From the NCBI GenBank assembly GCA_964543655.1, contig CAZIZE010000053.1, positions 1 through 45,985 of the forward strand: a stretch of 45,985 bases of DNA. Reading direction: 5' to 3'. Positions 1 through 8,614 of this stretch are shown here, piece by piece (the first letter of the stretch is position 1; each line of letters starts with the position of its first letter). Below the pieces are notes generated by a model. The model searched no databases. It worked only from the letters and a program-made list of their open reading frames with translations, and was not told the DNA's origin. A program made the translations under genes and the position numbers. Origin of the DNA: an uncultured bacterium (lineage in GTDB: Bacteria > DYJV01).

Positions 1-1
1 A

Positions 2-157
2 ACAACTGTATGTTTTGCCGCAATTCCAATTTCATACATTATTACAGGATATGTATCAAACTTCTGCTCAGCTGCCAACCTCTTTTTCATAAATGGTGTA
101 ATGGTTGTGATTATGGGATTTATCCTGCTTTTTTTACCAAGGATAAATGTAGATTAG
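2..157 (+). CDS. Partial CDS (5' end outside window): C-terminal two TM helices of a probable MFS transporter
   Basis: Frame from nt 2 reads TTVCFAAIPISYIITGYVSNFCSAANLFFINGVMVVIMGFILLFLPRINVD* (TAG 155-157). Two hydrophobic helices with the 'xxPxxxxxxG' pattern typical of MFS TM11-12. Not in the ORF track. Confidence 0.6.
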   Translation, partial: TTVCFAAIPISYIITGYVSNFCSAANLFFINGVMVVIMGFILLFLPRINVD

Positions 158-341
158 ATTACTTTATTATAGAAAACAAATATAAAATCCAACAATTTTT
201 TATCGAGTATTCTTATTAAAAAAACTGTAGCAATTATTTTAAGGGTTTTATCTTGACATTAATAATTTGAAATAATACAAAACCAAATACAAAATCCAAC
301 AGCAATTTTTTTACACAGGTGCTCCTATTTGCCATCAAAGC

Positions 342-374
342 TGCCATTTTGAGGGCTTTAGCCCGAAAAATCTC
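342..374. repeat. Degenerate REP-like palindromic element
   Basis: TGCCATTTTGAGGGCTTTAGCCCGAAAAATCTC contains a GGGC-TTTA-GCCC hairpin. It resembles the TCATTCTGA...GAAGAATC units at 28015-28086 and lies between convergent genes. Confidence 0.45.
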
Positions 375-464
375 TTGCTTCAGGGTTGATTTTGTATAAG
401 ATAGTATTCCCGACTTATAAACTTAAAATCTTGTCAAAAACTAAACTTAGCCATAAAAATTAAG

Positions 465-2999
465 CTAATTATTTAATCTTTTTAATTTATTCTGGATATT
501 AGATAGGAATTTTAAAGCTTGAAGTGGTGTGGTGTTTAAAATATCAATATTTTCTATTTCTTTTAAAATATTTTCCTTTTCATTTTTATAAATATTTTCA
601 AAAATAGTTTTCTCTTTAATTTTAAATTTGCTCTTTGGTTCTTGTCTGTTTTCAAGTCTTTTTAGAATCTGCTTAGCCCTTTTTATAATCTCATCTGGTA
701 GCTTTGCAAGCGAGGCTACTTCTATTCCATAGCTCCTGTCAGCCTGGCCCCGTTTTATTCGCCTTAAAAATAGTAATTTATTACCAACCTCTTTTACATC
801 AACAGAATAATTTTTAATATTTTTAAAATCTTGCTCAAGTATTGTTAATTCATGATAATGAGTAGCAAAGAGCAGGAAAAAATTCTTTTTCAAATTTGCG
901 CAATATTCAAGAATTGCCCATGCTATGCTTATTCCATCATATGTGCTTGTGCCTCTACCTATTTCATCTAAAATAATAAAACTTCTATTAGTTAAATTTT
1001 GCAAAATTTTGCTTGTTTCATTCATTTCTACCATAAAAGTGCTTTCCCCTTCAAGAATTCTATCCTTTGCTCCAATACGTGTAAATATTCTATCAAAAAT
1101 GGGAAAATTCATTTTTTTAGCTGGTACAAATGAGCCAATTTGTGCCATTATAATAAGTAGAGCATTCTGGCGCATATATGTTGATTTACCAGCCATATTG
1201 GGACCTGTTATTATATAAATTTTATTATTTTTATCCATGCTGAGATTGTTTGGAATAAAATCTTCTTTTATAACATCAAGCACAGGATGCCTTCCATCTA
1301 TAATAACTATTGTACTTTCATCATTTATCTCTGGTTTTACATAATCGTTTAATATTGCAATTGTAGCAAAAGTTAATAAAATATCAATAGAGGAAATTGT
1401 GTCTGCAATTTTTTTAATTTCAATACATTGCTTTGATAATTCATTAAGGAGGCTAAAGTAGATTTCTTTTTCTATTCTAACAATTTTTTCATCAGCAGTT
1501 AAAATTTTCTCTTCAAACTCCTTTAAATCTTCAGTAATATACCTCTCAGCATTTACAAGGGTCTGCTTTCTTATAAATGATTCAGGGATATTAATATTTG
1601 CCTTTTTTGAAACCTCAATGAAATATCCAAAAACTTTATTAAATTTAATTTTTAAATTAGGAATGTTAAATTCTTCTTTTAATTTAGCCTCATAATTAAG
1701 CAACCATTTTTTTGAATTGTATCTTATACTCATTAGTTCATCTAATTCAGAATTAATGTTCCTATTAATGTAACCTCCATTGTTAATGTTATTTGAAGGC
1801 TCAGGTAATATATATTTTTCTATTTGATAGATAAAATCTTTGCATTCATTGAGATTATTGTAAAATTTTAATGATAGTTCTGTATCAATTTTTAATAATT
1901 CTTCTTTGATTTCAGGAATTAATTTTAAATACTCCTTTAAATTAATCAAATGAGATGGCAAAATATTTTTAAGTGAAATTTTACTGTTTAATCTTTCTAT
2001 ATCTCCTATTTTTTTCAATATTTCAGATAATTTTTTTCTTATTTTTGGTGATTCAGTTAATTTTTCAACAAAATTATAACGCTCTGTTAATTCTGACCTA
2101 TCTGTTAAAGGATATGATAACCATTTTTTTAAATTTCTACTTGCCATTGGGGTATTACATTTATTCAGTAAAGAATAGAGAGACCCTTCTGTTTTATTTG
2201 AACTATTTTTTAAAATTTCAAGATGTGTTAATGCATTTTCATCAAGTAGGAGATATTGGTTAATGTTAAGCTTCTCTGGCTGTTTTAAATGCTCAGGAAT
2301 AAAGGTGTTATTTTCTATAATATAATTTAATGCAACTGTAATCACTTCAGGAAATTTTTCTGAATTTTTTAGCCAGCTTTTTATTTTATCATTAAATGTT
2401 AAATAATTTTCACTTATAAAATTAACAACAATATTATAGAACTCAATGGATATTTCTTTTTTTAAAATTTTTAAATCATCATTTGAAATAATAATTTCTT
2501 TTGGAAAATGTTTTTCAATTTCACCTATTAATTGAGCAATATTAATATCTGTTTCATAATTAAAATCACCAGTTACAAAATTTAGAATTGCCAAACATTT
2601 ATTATAGTAAACAAAAAGAATATAATTTTCATTTGAGTATAAATTATCTATTTCACTGTTAATTGCCGGGGTTAAGATTTTAACAACATCTCTTTTTACA
2701 ATCCCTTTTGCTGCTTTAGGATCTTCAACCTGTTCACATATTGCAATTTTATACCCATTATCAAGGAGTTTTTGAGTATAATTTGCAAGAGCGTGAAAAG
2801 GAATGCCACACATGGGGATATTATCTTCTTTGTGCCTTGATGTTAGAGCAATGTTAAGAATTTTTGATGCAATAACAGCATCTTCAAAAAACATTTCATA
2901 AAAATCGCCCATTCTAAAAAAAAGTATTTTATCATTATGCTTTTCTTTAATTGATAAATATTGCTTTAACATAGGAGTTAAATTACTACTTTTTTCCAT
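465..2999 (-). CDS. mutS: DNA mismatch repair protein MutS
   Basis: TPMLKQY...FFRMGDFYEMF mismatch-binding motif, Walker A TGPNMAGKST, DEIGRGTST, FATHYHEL, SYGIEVA; 844 aa. Confidence 0.98.
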   Translation of the reverse strand: MEKSSNLTPMLKQYLSIKEKHNDKILFFRMGDFYEMFFEDAVIASKILNIALTSRHKEDNIPMCGIPFHALANYTQKLLDNGYKIAICEQVEDPKAAKGIVKRDVVKILTPAINSEIDNLYSNENYILFVYYNKCLAILNFVTGDFNYETDINIAQLIGEIEKHFPKEIIISNDDLKILKKEISIEFYNIVVNFISENYLTFNDKIKSWLKNSEKFPEVITVALNYIIENNTFIPEHLKQPEKLNINQYLLLDENALTHLEILKNSSNKTEGSLYSLLNKCNTPMASRNLKKWLSYPLTDRSELTERYNFVEKLTESPKIRKKLSEILKKIGDIERLNSKISLKNILPSHLINLKEYLKLIPEIKEELLKIDTELSLKFYNNLNECKDFIYQIEKYILPEPSNNINNGGYINRNINSELDELMSIRYNSKKWLLNYEAKLKEEFNIPNLKIKFNKVFGYFIEVSKKANINIPESFIRKQTLVNAERYITEDLKEFEEKILTADEKIVRIEKEIYFSLLNELSKQCIEIKKIADTISSIDILLTFATIAILNDYVKPEINDESTIVIIDGRHPVLDVIKEDFIPNNLSMDKNNKIYIITGPNMAGKSTYMRQNALLIIMAQIGSFVPAKKMNFPIFDRIFTRIGAKDRILEGESTFMVEMNETSKILQNLTNRSFIILDEIGRGTSTYDGISIAWAILEYCANLKKNFFLLFATHYHELTILEQDFKNIKNYSVDVKEVGNKLLFLRRIKRGQADRSYGIEVASLAKLPDEIIKRAKQILKRLENRQEPKSKFKIKEKTIFENIYKNEKENILKEIENIDILNTTPLQALKFLSNIQNKLKRLNN

Positions 3000-3176
3000 A
3001 AATTTTCCTCAAAACTATTTTGCTGATAACAGATTCATAACTCCATAATAAGTTTATTGGTTTGATGTATAACTTATAATTTAAATTTTTTCCATATAAA
3101 ATTTTTATTGAAATAATAGCTTTAGAGTGTTAAATATATTTACAAACAAATTTATGAACTTAATGGAGGAGAAATC

Positions 3177-3674
3177 ATGAAATTTCATGGCAAAGTCTGG
3201 AAATTTGGCTCTGATATTGACACAGATGCTATTATTCCAGCAAGATATTTAAACACAGCAGATGAACAGGAACTTGCAAAACATTGTATGGAAGATGCTG
3301 ACCCTGATTTTGTTAAAAAAATTTCCAAAGGTGATATAATTATGGCTGAAGAAAATTTTGGCTGTGGCTCATCAAGAGAGCATGCACCAATAGCAATTAA
3401 ATATGCTGGTATTTCCTGTGTTATTGCCAAATCATTTGCAAGGATTTTTTTTAGAAACGCTTTTAATATGGGACTACCAATTTTTGAATGTTCAGAGGCT
3501 GTTGATAAAACTGCTCAGGGAGATGAGCTTGAAATTGATGCAATTAATGGTAAAATTTATAATAAGACTAAGGATATCACTTTTACTGCGTCACCAATAC
3601 CAGAATTTATGCAGAATCTAATTAATTCTGGTGGATTATTAAACTATGTAATTAATAAGCAGAAAGGAGCCTAA
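3177..3674 (+). CDS. leuD: 3-isopropylmalate dehydratase small subunit (short type)
   Basis: DIDTDAIIPARYL, NFGCGSSREHA, SFARIFFRNAFNMG; GGAGGA RBS; adjacent to leuB. Confidence 0.93.
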   Translation: MKFHGKVWKFGSDIDTDAIIPARYLNTADEQELAKHCMEDADPDFVKKISKGDIIMAEENFGCGSSREHAPIAIKYAGISCVIAKSFARIFFRNAFNMGLPIFECSEAVDKTAQGDELEIDAINGKIYNKTKDITFTASPIPEFMQNLINSGGLLNYVINKQKGA

Positions 3675-3675
3675 A

Positions 3676-4728
3676 ATGGGTAGATATAATATAGCTGTTA
3701 TTCCAGGTGATGGAACTGGGCCTGAAGTTATCAGGGAATCTGTTAAAGTTTTAAAAGCACTTGAATGTGAAAATTTAAAATTCGATTTTCACTACTTTGA
3801 TTTTGGTGGAGACAGATATTTGAAAACTGGGGAAGTTTTACCAGAATCAGCTATTGAAGATTTAAAAAAATTTGATGCAATTTTATTAGGTGCCATTGGC
3901 CATCCTGATGTTGCTCCAGGGATTTTAGAAAAAGGTATATTGCTAAAATTGAGATTTTCCCTTGACCAATACATTAATTTACGACCTGTAAAACTTTACC
4001 CAAATGTTGATACACCATTAAAAGATAAAAAGCCAGAAGATATAGATTTTGTTGTTATTAGAGAAAATACAGAAGGTTTGTATGCTGGTGCAGGTGGTTT
4101 TTTAAGACAGGGTACAAAAAATGAAGTAGCAATACAGGAATCAATTAACACATATATGGGTGTTGAAAGATGCCTGAGATATGCATTTGAGTATACTAAA
4201 AAAAGAAATAAAGATAATAAATTAATGCTCTGTGGGAAAACCAATGTTTTAACCTTTGCATTTAGCCTGTGGGAAAGAGTTTTTAAAGAGCTATCAAAAG
4301 ATTATCCTGAAATTACAACAGAGTATGGTCATGTTGATGCTGTATGCATGTGGATGGTAAAAAATCCAGAAAATTTTGATGTAATTGTTACTGATAATAT
4401 GTTTGGTGATATTATTACTGACCTTGGTGCAATGATTCAAGGAGGTATGGGAATAGCAGCAGGTGGCAATATAAATCCAGAAGGGGTCTCAATGTTTGAG
4501 CCTATTGGTGGCTCTGCTCCAAAATATACAGGTAAAAATATAATAAACCCATTAGCAGCCATTATGGCTGGAGAAATGATGTTAAGGACACTTGGAGAAG
4601 ATAGTTTTGCAAATAAAATTGAAAAGAGTGTGGTTTATGTTCTTCAAAATCATATTAAAAGTTTATCAGCTGGGAAAATGGGTTATACCACTGAAGAGGT
4701 TGGAGACTTGGTGGTTAAAAATCTTTAA
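3676..4728 (+). CDS. leuB: 3-isopropylmalate dehydrogenase
   Basis: GDGTGPEV, NLRPVKL, RENTEGLY, DNMFGDIITD, FEPIGGSAP motifs of the isocitrate/isopropylmalate dehydrogenase family; follows leuD. Confidence 0.9.
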   Translation: MGRYNIAVIPGDGTGPEVIRESVKVLKALECENLKFDFHYFDFGGDRYLKTGEVLPESAIEDLKKFDAILLGAIGHPDVAPGILEKGILLKLRFSLDQYINLRPVKLYPNVDTPLKDKKPEDIDFVVIRENTEGLYAGAGGFLRQGTKNEVAIQESINTYMGVERCLRYAFEYTKKRNKDNKLMLCGKTNVLTFAFSLWERVFKELSKDYPEITTEYGHVDAVCMWMVKNPENFDVIVTDNMFGDIITDLGAMIQGGMGIAAGGNINPEGVSMFEPIGGSAPKYTGKNIINPLAAIMAGEMMLRTLGEDSFANKIEKSVVYVLQNHIKSLSAGKMGYTTEEVGDLVVKNL

Positions 4729-4743
4729 TTAAAAGGAGTTAAC

Positions 4744-5691
4744 ATGGGTCAACAACTTACAAATATATTACTTGAATCTGGTACAAATGAGTTAGAGTTT
4801 ATAGAATTTGTTTTATATTCCAAAGAACCAGAAGGAGAAGAAACAGTTCACTATTTTGGTATTAATGTAGCAAAAGTTAGGGAAATTATAAAAGCTCCTC
4901 CAATTACTGATGTTCCTCGAAGCAATCCTTATATTCAAGGAATGGTAAATATTAGAGGCAAAGTTATTCCAATGATTAATTTGCCCAAATGGCTCAATCT
5001 TGAAAATAGCAGAGATTTAAATAAAGTTATAATCACTGAATTTAATGAAGTTGTTAATGGCTTTTTGGTTAATGAAGTAACAAGAATTTACAGAATTAGC
5101 TGGAAAGATGTTATGCAGCCAGAAGAATTAGCTCAATCTGATGATAAAAACTGCATTACATCTGTTGTAAGAATGGGTGATAAATTAATTCTTTTACTTG
5201 ATTTTGAAAAGATTATTGGTGATATTTTTCCTGGGACTTATTTTTCAGCAAAAGAGGATATTACATTTATTGAATCTGCAAAAGGTAAAAAGATTTTAAT
5301 AGCTGAAGATTCTCCAGGTATTAGAAAGATGCTTGTTTCTACTTTGAAAAAGGTTGGATATAAGGTAATAGAAGCTGAAAATGGCTCTGTTGCTCTTAAA
5401 TATATTATGGATTCTTACAGAGAAGTGATTAAAAATCATAAAAATATTCATGAGTTTTTGGATGCTATAATTACAGATCTTGAAATGCCCCTTCTTGATG
5501 GTGGCCATTTAATAAAAAGAATCAGGGAACTCCCTGAATTTGAGAAAATTCCAATACTTGTTTTTTCTTCAATGGCTTCAGAGGAAAACAAACGTAAAAT
5601 TTTAGAGTTAGGAGCAGATATTTTTATTAGCAAGCCAGAATTACCAAGGCTGGTTAATATTATAGAAGAGCAAATTGCAAAAAGGAGATAA
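4744..5691 (+). CDS. cheV: Chemotaxis protein CheV (CheW + receiver)
   Basis: ESGTNELE...FGINVAKVREII CheW domain, LLLDFEKI linker, receiver with AEDS and ITDLEMP. Confidence 0.95.
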   Translation: MGQQLTNILLESGTNELEFIEFVLYSKEPEGEETVHYFGINVAKVREIIKAPPITDVPRSNPYIQGMVNIRGKVIPMINLPKWLNLENSRDLNKVIITEFNEVVNGFLVNEVTRIYRISWKDVMQPEELAQSDDKNCITSVVRMGDKLILLLDFEKIIGDIFPGTYFSAKEDITFIESAKGKKILIAEDSPGIRKMLVSTLKKVGYKVIEAENGSVALKYIMDSYREVIKNHKNIHEFLDAIITDLEMPLLDGGHLIKRIRELPEFEKIPILVFSSMASEENKRKILELGADIFISKPELPRLVNIIEEQIAKRR

Positions 5692-5693
5692 TC

Positions 5694-5873
5694 ATGGCAA
5701 CAAGAGTGGAAGATGCAACAAATTCCACCTATTATTATGAGTTACAAAAAATAGAAGATGAAACTAACAGAACTGAAGAAGCTGTTTACTTGCAGAAGCA
5801 GGAAGGATTAGACACAGAAAATAGAGAATACAGAGATGAAAACCTTGGGAACAATATTGATATAGAGACTTAG
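5694..5873 (+). CDS. Small acidic 59-aa protein with a YjfB/putative-motility-protein-like C-terminus
   Basis: AAGGAG RBS at 5682-5687, ATG 5694, TAG 5871-5873: MATRVEDATNSTYYYELQKIEDETNRTEEAVYLQKQEGLDTENREYRDENLGNNIDIET. It fills the cheV-deacetylase gap with 2-nt spacers and falls below the ORF track cutoff. Confidence 0.75.
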   Translation: MATRVEDATNSTYYYELQKIEDETNRTEEAVYLQKQEGLDTENREYRDENLGNNIDIET

Positions 5874-5875
5874 GA

Positions 5876-6715
5876 ATGGTTAAAAATTTTCTAACATTTG
5901 ATATTGAAGAATGGTTTGACCGCAATTTTCAAACAGAGCTTCATAAAGGAAAGAGTAGAGAAAGCACACTACCGAATGATATAGAAAAAATAATAGATAT
6001 TTGTGCAAAATATAATATTCGTTCTACATGTTTTATTGTTGCTAAAATTGCTGAGCAGAAACCTGAAATAGTAAAAAAACTTCATTTAGCAGGGCATGAA
6101 ATAGCAAGTCATAGTTATGAACATAAACTTGTTTATAATATGACCCCTGATGAATTTAATAAAGATTTAAAAAAATCCTGTGATATACTGCAAAATATAA
6201 CAGGAGAAAAAGTTTTTGGTTATAGAGCACCATCATGGTCTGTTAATGAAAATATAGCAAACTGGTTTTATGATATTTTATCTGAAAATGGTTTAAAGTA
6301 TTCCTCTTCAGTTTACCCTGCAAAAACTTATCTTTATGGTTATCCAGAATTTCCTGAGAAAATACATTTTCCTCTTATTAATGGAGATAAAAAAAAGATT
6401 CTTGAAATTCCACAAAGTTTAATAAATATTTTAAATAAAAAGATAGGTTTTAGTGGTGGATTTTTCTTTAGGTTATTTCCATTTTCATTTATAAAAAAAC
6501 AGATTGAGAAAAAAAATAAAAAATTACAATCTGTTTTTATATATTTGCACCCTTATGAATTAAGTTTTAGATTAAAAGGATTTGAATTGAAATTTTTAGA
6601 TAAATTTATTTTAAACTATGGTGTTAAAAATTGTGAAATAAAATTAAATAAAATTCTTTCCATTTACAAACATACTTTTACCACCATGAAAGAGTATGTT
6701 AGCAATTATGTATGA
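5876..6715 (+). CDS. Polysaccharide deacetylase (CE4; EPS-locus/DUF3473-type)
   Basis: LTFDIEEWF, GHEIASHSYEH, GYRAPSWS, YSSSVYP, GGFFFRLFP, IYLHPYE motifs. Confidence 0.9.
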   Translation: MVKNFLTFDIEEWFDRNFQTELHKGKSRESTLPNDIEKIIDICAKYNIRSTCFIVAKIAEQKPEIVKKLHLAGHEIASHSYEHKLVYNMTPDEFNKDLKKSCDILQNITGEKVFGYRAPSWSVNENIANWFYDILSENGLKYSSSVYPAKTYLYGYPEFPEKIHFPLINGDKKKILEIPQSLINILNKKIGFSGGFFFRLFPFSFIKKQIEKKNKKLQSVFIYLHPYELSFRLKGFELKFLDKFILNYGVKNCEIKLNKILSIYKHTFTTMKEYVSNYV

Positions 6716-7029
6716 ATATAGTTGTCAAGAGCATCTTTTCGAACCAACTCTGTAATATTTCTATCAGTTCTTTTAATTTTTGCATGATTTAAAGTTGATA
6801 AGAACCATATTATTGCAATGGCAAGATATATAATCATATCTTTACCTGTACCTATACCAAAAAAATGTGCAACTATATCTGACAATGGCGGAATTGCAAT
6901 AAAAATCAGCAAAATAAAATAAAATAGCACTAAAAAAAGCCTCATAAAGGTCTTGTATCTTCCAGAAAACATCAGTATTACTACTGAAATAGATAAAATA
7001 ATAGCAAGGGTTGTTTTTATAAATATCAT
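6706..7029 (-). CDS. DUF2304-like small membrane protein (partner of DPM-synthase-like GT2)
   Basis: 107 aa, 3 TM, 'AHFFGIGTGKDMIIY' and C-terminal 'ITELVRKDA'; ATGA-coupled to the upstream GT2. Confidence 0.8.
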   Translation of the reverse strand: MIFIKTTLAIILSISVVILMFSGRYKTFMRLFLVLFYFILLIFIAIPPLSDIVAHFFGIGTGKDMIIYLAIAIIWFLSTLNHAKIKRTDRNITELVRKDALDNYIHT

Positions 7030-7715
7030 TTGATTAACCTCTGTAAAATGTATTCAATTACAATATTTATACTATTTGTTAATGATTGGCCTTTTGAAAT
7101 GGAGTATTCTGTATAATATATGTGACACGGTAATTCTTTATATTTTAAATTATTCTCTTTTATAATATCATAGATTTCTGATGCATGCTCCATTCTATTT
7201 TGAGTAATTTTAAAATTAGGGCATTTTTTTATATTTATAACCCTAAAACCATTGTGAGTATCTGTTACTTCAATTCCATTGACTATCCTTGTAAAAATTG
7301 TGGAAAGTTTTAAAACAAACTTTTTCATTTTAGGTATTTCATTTTTTATATCCAAAAATCTTGAGCCTAATACAATATCAAGATCTTCCTGTTTCATAAC
7401 ATTTAAAAATTTTTCTATATCATTTGCATCATGCTGACCATCAGCATCAAATGTTACAATATATGTAACATCTAATTTTTTAGCCATTTCAATACCAGTT
7501 TGAAGTGCAGCACCCTGTCCAAGGTTAATTAAATGCTTCATTAAAAAAATACCTTTTACTGATTTAACTATTTCATAGGTTTTATCAGTTGATGCATCAT
7601 CAACAACTATTATTGCATCATCAGGTCTAATCTTTTTTAGATTTTCAAGTACATCTTTTATAACTTTTTCTTCATTATAAGCAGCAATAACAACAGCAGT
7701 TTCATACTTTTTCAT
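7026..7715 (-). CDS. GT2 glycosyltransferase, polyprenol-phosphate (DPM1-like)
   Basis: VIAAYNEE, VVDDASTD, NLGQGAALQTG, TFDADGQH, GSRF, TDTHNGFR. Confidence 0.92.
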   Translation of the reverse strand: MKKYETAVVIAAYNEEKVIKDVLENLKKIRPDDAIIVVDDASTDKTYEIVKSVKGIFLMKHLINLGQGAALQTGIEMAKKLDVTYIVTFDADGQHDANDIEKFLNVMKQEDLDIVLGSRFLDIKNEIPKMKKFVLKLSTIFTRIVNGIEVTDTHNGFRVINIKKCPNFKITQNRMEHASEIYDIIKENNLKYKELPCHIYYTEYSISKGQSLTNSINIVIEYILQRLIK

Positions 7716-8614
7716 TAACTTTCATCCCTTTTTTGATATTCAAAGTTCATTATTTCAAGTCTTATTGTCCTAAGTTGTTCTGAAAGCAGGGCAAATACTG
7801 AGAGTATAATAGTTACACAGAAAAAGAGAACAGTTGAATCAGATAAGTTGGCAGATATTAAATCTTTGGTTAAAGAAAATATAGTAAAAAATAAAAAAAG
7901 TAAAACTATAGGAGCCATAACTCTAAGTGGTTGAAAAATCATAGCAATTTGTATGATTTTCATAATGGTTTTCAACCCGGCTCTATAATTTACATGAGAT
8001 TTCCCTTTTTCCCTAATTTTTGTCTCTATTGGAACATATTTTACATTCATACCAAAAGCATAGTAACAAAGAGTTGAAGAAGTAGAAAAAGAAAATCTAT
8101 CAGAACAAAAGATAAAAAATTTTTTTATAATTTTTCTGTTAAATAATCTTAACCCTGAATTTAAATCTTGTATATCTTGCTTAAAAAGATAGCTTGACAT
8201 ATACTTTAGAAAGATTTTTCCTGGAATTCTATTATAAAAAGTATTGGTAATTTTCCTTGCTCCTATAATCATATCTTCTTCTTTTTCATATTCATTCAAA
8301 AGCCGGGGGATATCTTCAGGAAAATGTTGGCCATCTGCATCAAATGTTATAATAACATCATGTTTTGCAGCTAAAATTCCAGATTTAATGGCAGCACCCA
8401 TACCTCTATTCTGGAGATGATTTACTAATGTTATATCAGGAATTCTTTTCATTATGTTAAGGGAGTTGTCAGTTGAGCCATCATTAACGCAGACTATCTC
8501 ATAGTTGAGTTTTTTATTATTTAGACAATCTTTTAAATTTTTAATTACATCCTCTATTGTAGCTTCTTCATTATAAACTGGTATAACTACACTAAAGGGA
8601 AGATTAAGGGGCAT
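7715..8614 (-). CDS. GT2 glycosyltransferase, polyprenol-phosphate type with two C-terminal TM helices
   Basis: VVIPVYNEE, VNDGSTD, NRGMGAA, FDADGQH, DLNSGLR; hydrophobic C-terminus. Confidence 0.92.
   Translation of the reverse strand: MPLNLPFSVVIPVYNEEATIEDVIKNLKDCLNNKKLNYEIVCVNDGSTDNSLNIMKRIPDITLVNHLQNRGMGAAIKSGILAAKHDVIITFDADGQHFPEDIPRLLNEYEKEEDMIIGARKITNTFYNRIPGKIFLKYMSSYLFKQDIQDLNSGLRLFNRKIIKKFFIFCSDRFSFSTSSTLCYYAFGMNVKYVPIETKIREKGKSHVNYRAGLKTIMKIIQIAMIFQPLRVMAPIVLLFLFFTIFSLTKDLISANLSDSTVLFFCVTIILSVFALLSEQLRTIRLEIMNFEYQKRDES

Noticed and set aside
10-219. 69-aa ORF on + strand
   Set aside because: It overlaps a different + frame (2-157) that reads as a convincing transporter C-terminus, and has no RBS or recognisable motif.
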